A stretch of DNA of 22,927 bases from Bdellovibrionales bacterium (GTDB lineage Bacteria; Bdellovibrionota; Bdellovibrionia; Bdellovibrionales; UBA840), in contig JBBKWS010000142.1 of NCBI GenBank assembly GCA_037969075.1, forward strand, positions 1 through 22,927, in the 5' to 3' direction. The notes below the pieces were generated by a model. It was not told the origin of the DNA. It did not search any database and saw only the letters and a program-made list of their open reading frames with translations. Made by a program: the position numbers and the translations under genes. Below, one piece after another: positions 17,410-22,927 of the stretch; position 1 is the first letter of the stretch; every line of letters starts with the position of its first letter.

Positions 17410-18433
17410 TATTCTCTCCAAAAACTAAACCGCCCGCTTTAAATACCAAATCTTTGATACCTTGTCCTGTAGCGGCCGATACGCTCATTGTTCTGATACC
17501 CTCTTTGTGAAAGCGGTTAGCAATTTCTTCTGCTTCGTCTGCCTTCATTGTATCAACTTTATTTAATACCACAATTTGTTTTCTTTCTCGTAAACTAAAG
17601 AAACCTTCTTTGTCGACATTTAGACGGTCATGTTCTTCTAATTCTTTGTTGATATCTACATAATCTTGCAAAGGATCTCTTGCTGAGAAAATCGAAATAT
17701 CGACTATATGCAAAAAACACTTTGTTCTTTCGATATGTCGTAAAAACTGTGTGCCTAGGCCGACCCCGTGGCTTGCGCCGGGTATAATTCCTGGAATATC
17801 TGCCACCACAAATGTTTTTTCAGCTCCGTATCTGACTACCCCAAGATTTGGGGTAAGAGTTGTAAATGGATAGTCTGCGATTTTTGGTTTAGCTGCTGAT
17901 ATTGCAGATATTAATGTAGACTTGCCTGCGTTTGGATAACCAATTAAACCAACATCTGCGATTAATTTTAATTCTAAAGTAATTTGTTTTTCTTCTTTAG
18001 GTTCACCTGGCTGCGCGTGAGTTGGCGCTTGATTGGTCGAGGTTTTAAAAAATGCGTTTCCTTTTCCGCCTCGCCCACCTTTTAAAAATAAAACCTTCTG
18101 ATCTTTTTCACTTAGATCTAGTAGTATTTCTCCGTTTTCATCTTTGACAACGGTTCCCTGTGGAACTTCTAAAACAAGATCTTGGCCATTTGCACCTGTA
18201 CAGTTCTGCCCCTCACCTGGATTTCCATCTTCAGCATGATACATACGGCGCAAACTAATATCTAAAAGGGAGTTAATACCAAGACTAACCTTAAAATATA
18301 GGTCTCCGCCTTTTCCGCCATCTCCACCATCTGGTCCGCCACGGGCCATAAGACGGGCCCTTAAAAAAGAGACCGATCCAGGGCCACCTTTGCCAGAAGA
18401 TACTGTGATTTTTGTCTGATCTATAAATTTCAT
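17402..18433 (-). CDS. obgE: GTPase ObgE/CgtA
   Basis: Gly-rich Obg fold (GGPDGGDGGKGG), G1 GYPNAGKS, YPFTTL.P, DIPG, FLRHIERT, NKVD, SA. Confidence 0.98.
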   Translation of the reverse strand: MKFIDQTKITVSSGKGGPGSVSFLRARLMARGGPDGGDGGKGGDLYFKVSLGINSLLDISLRRMYHAEDGNPGEGQNCTGANGQDLVLEVPQGTVVKDENGEILLDLSEKDQKVLFLKGGRGGKGNAFFKTSTNQAPTHAQPGEPKEEKQITLELKLIADVGLIGYPNAGKSTLISAISAAKPKIADYPFTTLTPNLGVVRYGAEKTFVVADIPGIIPGASHGVGLGTQFLRHIERTKCFLHIVDISIFSARDPLQDYVDINKELEEHDRLNVDKEGFFSLRERKQIVVLNKVDTMKADEAEEIANRFHKEGIRTMSVSAATGQGIKDLVFKAGGLVFGENNE

Positions 18434-18447
18434 TTTTACCTTAACTC

Positions 18448-18482
18448 AAAAAAAAAGACGCTTACATTCGTAAACGCCTTTT
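18448..18482 (-). terminator. Rho-independent terminator after rplU-rpmA
   Basis: Minus strand reads AAAAGGCGTTTAC-GAAT-GTAAGCGTC-T9: a 9-bp stem with two G-U pairs that form only on the minus strand, followed by 9 U. Confidence 0.85.
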
Positions 18483-18508
18483 ATATAGAGTGAATAATTA
18501 TACTCTAA

Positions 18509-18781
18509 TTAGATTGCAGCCGCAGCTACCGCTGGGTATACGCTTACTTTTGAGCGATTTTTATCCACTCTTTCAAACTTAACTTGGCCATCGATCAAAG
18601 AGAAAATTGTATGATCCCTGCCCATGCCTACATTTTTACCAACGTGAACCTTAGTTCCTCTTTGGCGCACAATAATAGTGCCTGGCTTTACATTCTCTCC
18701 GCCAAATCTTTTTACGCCTAAACGCTTACTCTGTGAATCACGTCCGTTCTTGGTACTACCACCGGCTTTTTTCGATGCCAT
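18509..18781 (-). CDS. rpmA: 50S ribosomal protein L27
   Basis: [41 protein letters not shown]. Confidence 0.99.
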   Translation of the reverse strand: MASKKAGGSTKNGRDSQSKRLGVKRFGGENVKPGTIIVRQRGTKVHVGKNVGMGRDHTIFSLIDGQVKFERVDKNRSKVSVYPAVAAAAI

Positions 18782-18806
18782 GACTAACTCCTTTAACTCT
18801 TACGTA

Positions 18807-19331
18807 TTACTTCTTAGTTGTTTTCTTTTTCTTGCTAACTTTTTTCTTTGTGCTGCTTGTAGCTTTTTTCTTGGTAACTTTTTTACCAGCTTTAGCTACT
18901 TTTTTTACTGGCTTTTCAGATACATCCGCTGCCGCTGGAATAGATTTAGCTAGTTTTCTTTGTAGCTTTTGCTCTTCCGTCTGAATCGTCGGTGTTTTAT
19001 CTGCTTTAACAGTTTTACCATCAGCACCCGTGATTGCAGAAACAAAAACTTCTGTAAACGGTTGTCTGTGACCCTTAGTCTTACGAAAACCTTTTCTTCT
19101 TTTCTTTTTGAAAACTAAAATCTTTTTATCTAAACGTTGTGATAAAATCAGGCCAGTAACTAAAGCCTTTGAAACTGTAGGGTTACCCACTGCAGAGTTT
19201 TCGCCGCCAACAAAAAGCACTTCTTTGAATTCAATCTCTGAACCCGTAGTTTGCTCGAGTTTTTCAACGCGAATTACGTCGCCTGGTGCGACTTTATATT
19301 GTTTTCCACCTGTTTTGATGATGGCGTACAT
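18807..19331 (-). CDS. rplU: 50S ribosomal protein L21 with a Lys-rich C-terminal extension
   Basis: MYAIIKTGGKQYKV, VFKKKRRK, GHRQ; GGAGG ribosome binding site; about 70 extra C-terminal residues. Confidence 0.98.
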   Translation of the reverse strand: MYAIIKTGGKQYKVAPGDVIRVEKLEQTTGSEIEFKEVLFVGGENSAVGNPTVSKALVTGLILSQRLDKKILVFKKKRRKGFRKTKGHRQPFTEVFVSAITGADGKTVKADKTPTIQTEEQKLQRKLAKSIPAAADVSEKPVKKVAKAGKKVTKKKATSSTKKKVSKKKKTTKK

Positions 19332-19361
19332 GAATGACCTCCGACCTATTTAATGAAGGTT

Positions 19362-19392
19362 AGTATCTGCCATGTGGCATTAAGTAAGTCAA
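19362..19392 (-). promoter_or_regulatory. Possible sigma70 promoter for rplU-rpmA
   Basis: TTGACT (19392-19387) and GATACT (19367-19362) with a long 19-nt spacer containing the palindrome TGCCA-NN-TGGCA (19368-19379). Confidence 0.35.
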
Positions 19393-19504
19393 CTTTTTAA
19401 GATTTTTTAGAGGGCTTCAATTCTCTCAAAGCCGCTCTCAGACTGGGACTTAAGAAAAAGTGAGTGGTTTAAACTCTATACCCTGTAGGTTTTGGTTAAA
19501 TAAC

Positions 19505-19756
19505 GCAAGGCTTCGCTGACAGTACGTCGGTGCCCACACTCCAAGCTATCAATATCATTTATGTTTATTGGTTTTACACAGTGTAGCCTTTAAACTCGAA
19601 GCCTTGCCAAGCCCACTGAATCATTCATTCCGCAAACCTTCTCTTCGGAAAAATTTTCAGAGGCGATTACTCTGAAAGAAGGGGGGGGGCTTAGAATGAT
19701 GTGAAGAAGCTTGTTTTCAGAGCAGCGTTGAACTGCGGACTAGTGCTGTGGGTACC
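19505..19756 (+). ncRNA. Unassigned, highly base-paired intergenic element (candidate ncRNA or MITE-like element)
   Basis: Nested helices 19529-38/19747-56, 19542-60/19694-713, 19609-14/19687-92, 19638-46/19678-86, 19655-62/19670-77, plus a perfect 11-bp inverted repeat 19505-15/19597-607. The G-U pairs form on the plus strand. Confidence 0.45.
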
Positions 19757-20243
19757 TATTTAAACCCAAGAATTGCGGTACTAATCCCAATAAGTAAGCC
19801 CAGGACTGCGACTACGATCCCCATTATTTGAATCATTTTGCTAATTAGTTGGTTAATAGTCCGTTCACTGGAAAGCATAAATTCTGCACGTAGCTCACCA
19901 ATCTCGTGTTTTATAGTGTGGCGGATGTCAGCGCACTCCAACCGTAAATCAGCTTTTGTAGAAAAATTCTCTCTCATATATTCATCCATTACCTGCACCT
20001 GTATTTCCGCCTGTTCACGTTTTACACCTGAGCCCTCTAGAGCCTTTACATATTTAATCATATCCATTATCGGTATTTCTCCTTAGCAATTGATAATTTT
20101 TATGATTTTTTATTAAGCAAATATTGGGCCCAACTGAAGATGAGTTTAATGGCACGCAAAGCATCCGCTGTCCGAGGAAAATATTAGTTTTCGGATGTCG
20201 AAATATTTTACGCAGCGTGACCCGAAAAAGGAACCGGGTACCT
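19750..20243. repeat. Exact 8-bp direct repeat GGGTACCT at 19750-19757 and 20236-20243, bracketing the small DUF1640-like gene
   Basis: Read directly. One copy overlaps the small ORF stop (TAG 19758-19756); the other abuts the rng stop (TAA 20246-20244). Confidence 0.6.
19756..20067 (-). CDS. Small head + coiled-coil + C-terminal TM protein (DUF1640/CCDC90-like)
   Basis: D..KYVK.LE.SG...EQAE head, STKADL neck, heptad stalk, C-terminal hydrophobic helix; AAGGAG at 20084-20079. Confidence 0.7.
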   Translation of the reverse strand: MDMIKYVKALEGSGVKREQAEIQVQVMDEYMRENFSTKADLRLECADIRHTIKHEIGELRAEFMLSSERTINQLISKMIQIMGIVVAVLGLLIGISTAILGFK

Positions 20244-20245
20244 TT
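20161..20245. repeat. Structured intergenic segment ending in a REP-like imperfect palindrome
   Basis: CGCTG 20166-70/CAGCG 20213-17 enclosing AAAATATT 20178-85/AATATTTT 20202-09; alternative pairing CATCCG 20162-67/CGGATG 20192-97; AAAGGAACC-G-GGTACCTTT at 20227-20245. Confidence 0.5.
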
Positions 20246-21764
20246 AGTATTGATGTTTGATTTCGTATTTTTCGATATGAAAATTATGTTCGACTGTAAA
20301 GACGATAGATCTGTTTAAGCGAAGTTCGATGTACTCTAGCATCGAGTTTCCACCTTCGTAAACCCAGTCAGCAATTCTTGAATGACAATGCACGACTGTT
20401 GACCTGACGCCGGCAAGAACACCCTCGCGCTCGAGTTGTCTAAAGATTTCATTGGCGGTGGTAGAATCTTTTTTGATGTAGCCTTTACCTTCACAATAAG
20501 AACATGGCTGGCACAGTGATTTTACAAGACTTGCTTGCGTACGCTTACGAGTCATCTCGACAAGGCCTAAGCTCGACATGCTGCTAACATTAGTTCTGGC
20601 TTTATCTTTTTTGAGTTCTTCTGCCAGTGAGCTCATTACTTTTTCGCGGTTGATTTCTTTTTCCATATCAATAAGATCTAGAACTATAATACCGCCACAG
20701 TTTCTAATTCTAAGTTGATGGGCGATTTCTTTTACCGCTTCTAAATTTGTTTTTAAAATAGTATCTTCTAAATCATTTTTACCGACAAACCCACCCGTGT
20801 TTACGTCGATTGCTACTAACGCTTCGGCTTCGTCAATAATGATATAGCCACCTGATTTAAGCCAAATCTTTCTGCCTAATGATCTTGAAATCTCAAGATC
20901 AATTCCGTGTTGATCGAAAAGTGGTTCGGCTCCTTCATACAGCTCAATTTTAGTTTTTAAATGTGGTAAAAATTGCGCAATAAATTTCACTAATTTTTTA
21001 TGGGTCTCAAGGTCGTCTACCAAAATTTGTTGCACATCTTCTGTGGCCAAATCTCGAAGCGCTTTTAGTTCCATATCTAATTCTTCGCGAACCACGCCAA
21101 CTGATTTTCTTTTTTCTTGTGCTTTATTAACTTCACGGTACACACGCACTAAATAATCAATGTCATTTTCAATATCTTCACGACTTGCGTCTTCAGCAGC
21201 AGTTCTAACAATAATGCCACCAACTTCAGGTTTACAAATATCAACGATTGCCTTTAAACGCTCGCGCTCTTGTTCGTCTTCGATTTTTCTAGAAATCCCT
21301 ATGTGGTTTACTGTTGGCATATAAACCACATGTCTTCCAGGAAGCGATATGTGGGTTGTAATTCTAGCGCCCTTTGTTCCAAGCGGGTCCTTGGCAACCT
21401 GAACCAACAGAAGCTGTCCTTCTTTTAGAATATCTTGAATTGGTATTTTACTGGCTTCTTGCTCATCTTCGGTTTGTGGAAAAATATTTTCGCCGTCAGT
21501 TTCAGCCCACTCCATCTCGGGGTTTGCACTAACTTCTAAGCGAACATCCCCGACATATAAAAATGCTGCTCTATCTAGACCAATGTCTACGAAAGCGGCC
21601 TGCATGCCCGGCAGGATTCTAATCACTTTTCCCATAAACACAGAGCCGACTAAACTTTTATGCTCACCCGCTTTTTCAACTTTAAGATCACGCAGCTCAC
21701 CACTTTCAACGTAGGCAACGCGAGTATTACTGGGACGAACGTTTATTAAAATCTTTGATGACAC
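20244..21764 (-). CDS. rng: Ribonuclease G (Rne/Rng family)
   Basis: S1 domain PGMQAAFVDIG...AAFL, QVAKDPLGTKGAR.T, LKSGGY, AIDVNTG, TNLEA, GGII..D.IDM, GLVEMTRKR, CSYCEG.G. Probable start is GTG 21764 (GAGG upstream), not 21848; no long RNase E scaffold. Confidence 0.95.
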   Translation of the reverse strand: MSSKILINVRPSNTRVAYVESGELRDLKVEKAGEHKSLVGSVFMGKVIRILPGMQAAFVDIGLDRAAFLYVGDVRLEVSANPEMEWAETDGENIFPQTEDEQEASKIPIQDILKEGQLLLVQVAKDPLGTKGARITTHISLPGRHVVYMPTVNHIGISRKIEDEQERERLKAIVDICKPEVGGIIVRTAAEDASREDIENDIDYLVRVYREVNKAQEKRKSVGVVREELDMELKALRDLATEDVQQILVDDLETHKKLVKFIAQFLPHLKTKIELYEGAEPLFDQHGIDLEISRSLGRKIWLKSGGYIIIDEAEALVAIDVNTGGFVGKNDLEDTILKTNLEAVKEIAHQLRIRNCGGIIVLDLIDMEKEINREKVMSSLAEELKKDKARTNVSSMSSLGLVEMTRKRTQASLVKSLCQPCSYCEGKGYIKKDSTTANEIFRQLEREGVLAGVRSTVVHCHSRIADWVYEGGNSMLEYIELRLNRSIVFTVEHNFHIEKYEIKHQY

Positions 21765-21841
21765 TTTACGACCTCTGTCTGGTGGGAACATCATAATACA
21801 CGTACATGGTCGAGGGAAGACATTTTCTCTGTCGTTTCGCC

Positions 21842-21868
21842 TAAACACGCGGCAAGTTTGACCGATAA
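21842..21868 (+). promoter_or_regulatory. Sigma28 (FliA)-type promoter upstream of pilT
   Basis: TAAA (21842-21845), 15-nt spacer, ACCGATAA (21861-21868), versus consensus TAAA-N15-GCCGATAA; GGAGG at 21876-21880. Confidence 0.75.
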
Positions 21869-21884
21869 GAACTATGGAGGCTAC

Positions 21885-22927
21885 ATGGCAAAGTTGGATG
21901 ACTTATTTAAATTTATGAAAGCACAAGGTGCGTCCGATTTACATTTATCCAGTGGCTCTTCCCCATACATTCGATTACACGGTAATATGGTCCCAATGAA
22001 TTACAGAGCACTTACTGCCGAAGAGTGCCAAGCCTTAATTTTTGAAATCTTATCAGAAAAGCAAAAACAACTATTTGTAAACAACCTTGAGTTGGATTTA
22101 GCTTACACCCTAGAGGGAACTGGCCGCTTTCGTTGTAATATATTCTTACAAAGAAAAGGCATGGGCGCCGTATTTAGAATTATTCCAGAAGAAATAAAAA
22201 CCTTGGATCAACTACAAATGCCATCCATTTTAAAAGATCTCTGCAAAGAACACAAAGGTTTAATTGTTGTTACCGGCCCCACTGGCTCTGGTAAATCGAC
22301 TACACTGGCCGCGATGATAGAATACATCAATCAAAATGACAGCGTACACATTTTAACTGTCGAAGATCCGATAGAATTTGTTTACGAAAATAAAAAGTCG
22401 TTAATTAACCAAAGAGAAGTTTCTTCGCATACAAGGTCTTTCTCTAACGCTCTTAAGGCTGCATTAAGAGAGGATCCTGATATCATATTAGTCGGAGAAA
22501 TGAGAGATCTTGAAACCATATCACTTGCAATGACTGCCGCAGAGACCGGGCATTTAGTGTTTGGGACTTTACATACAAATAATGCTCACAAGACAGTAGA
22601 TCGTATTATCGATGTATTTCCTGAGGCACAACAAGCACAAATCAGAGTGATGCTTTCAGAAAGCTTAAAGGCTGTAATAGCTCAATCACTGTTGCCGAAT
22701 GCTACTGGCAACGGACGCGTTGCTGTAAATGAAATACTTATTAATAGTGTCGCTGTTTCTAATTTAATTAGAGAAGGTAAAACCTTTCAAATTCCGTCAA
22801 CCATGCAAACAAGCAAAGGCTCTGGAATGATGAACTTTGAAACCCACGTAAACCAATTGATTGGCGAAGGTCGTCTTGGAAAAGACGAGGGCATGGCATT
22901 TTTAGGTAAAGCGCATTCAAATACGCA
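21885..22927 (+). CDS. pilT: Type IV pilus retraction ATPase PilT (3' end beyond the window; absent from the ORF track)
   Basis: Translated by hand: MAKLDDLF..GASDLHL..GRFRCN..TGPTGSGKSTT (Walker A), EDPIE, QREV, LREDPDIILVGEMRD (Walker B), AETGHLV.GTLHT, AVSNLIREGK; no stop before the edge. Confidence 0.95.
   Translation, partial: MAKLDDLFKFMKAQGASDLHLSSGSSPYIRLHGNMVPMNYRALTAEECQALIFEILSEKQKQLFVNNLELDLAYTLEGTGRFRCNIFLQRKGMGAVFRIIPEEIKTLDQLQMPSILKDLCKEHKGLIVVTGPTGSGKSTTLAAMIEYINQNDSVHILTVEDPIEFVYENKKSLINQREVSSHTRSFSNALKAALREDPDIILVGEMRDLETISLAMTAAETGHLVFGTLHTNNAHKTVDRIIDVFPEAQQAQIRVMLSESLKAVIAQSLLPNATGNGRVAVNEILINSVAVSNLIREGKTFQIPSTMQTSKGSGMMNFETHVNQLIGEGRLGKDEGMAFLGKAHSNT

Noticed and set aside
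19496..19630. Micro-ORFs in the folded element (plus MFIGFTQCSL; minus MNDSVGLARLRV, MIQWAWQGFEFKGYTV, MILIAWSVGTDVLSAKPCVI) as leader or type I toxin peptides
   Set aside because: 10-20 codons, no convincing Shine-Dalgarno, no TM-length hydrophobic/basic pattern; expected by chance.
19681..19689. G9 homopolymer as a phase-variation tract
   Set aside because: It is not in a CDS or an identifiable promoter spacer, and it is explained by pairing with CTTCTCTTC and AAGCCC.
19505..19756. Retron msr-msd, tmRNA, RNase P, SRP RNA or CRISPR interpretation of the folded element
   Set aside because: No reverse transcriptase or cas gene in the window, no tRNA-like ends, no GAGGAAAGUCC, no complete SRP loop motif, and no repeat-spacer periodicity.
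20150..20164. Sigma54-like TGGCACG on the plus strand
   Set aside because: The -12 GC is 2 nt too close and there is no plus-strand gene downstream.
2258..20318. Short ORFs in the track antisense to real genes (e.g. 2258-2506, 3065-3286, 7222-7473, 8700-9089, 9309-9587, 15128-15409, 18678-18953, 19838-20086, 20124-20318)
   Set aside because: They are shadows of well-supported genes on the opposite strand, with no ribosome binding site or recognisable motifs and Ser/Phe/Leu-rich antisense composition.
21765..21848. N-terminal 28-aa extension of RNase G in the ORF track
   Set aside because: Homology begins at VSSKILIN, a GAGG precedes GTG 21764, and the extension runs into the pilT promoter.

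Overview
This is a low-GC bacterial chromosomal window, mostly core genes. Gene order and the sigma28-like promoter on pilT suggest a Bdellovibrionota/Oligoflexia-like organism (inference only). Left to right: a minus-strand, translationally coupled operon astC-like aminotransferase > degenerate M20 hydrolase > astA > astD > mltG, with no astB or astE; a plus-strand TPR/SH3 > bamD > TPR > hpt unit; a convergent secreted protein with a caspase-like His/Cys dyad and HEAT repeats; then a long minus-strand run that reads in transcription order rng > DUF1640-like gene > rplU > rpmA > obgE > nadD-rsfS fusion > rlmH > gpmI > comF > lolA > yajQ > rimO; and a divergent pilT that runs off the right edge. 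The most interesting signals are (1) the truncated AST pathway with a probable pseudo-enzyme, coupled to mltG; (2) a small coiled-coil/TM gene between rng and rplU, bracketed by an exact 8-bp direct repeat and two heavily base-paired non-coding segments, one a ~230-250 nt candidate plus-strand ncRNA or MITE; (3) the putative secreted clan-CD protease; (4) a NadD-RsfS fusion; (5) repeated leaderless promoter architecture. No rRNA, tRNA, CRISPR array, transposase or integrase was seen. All calls come from reading motifs by eye; no searches were run.
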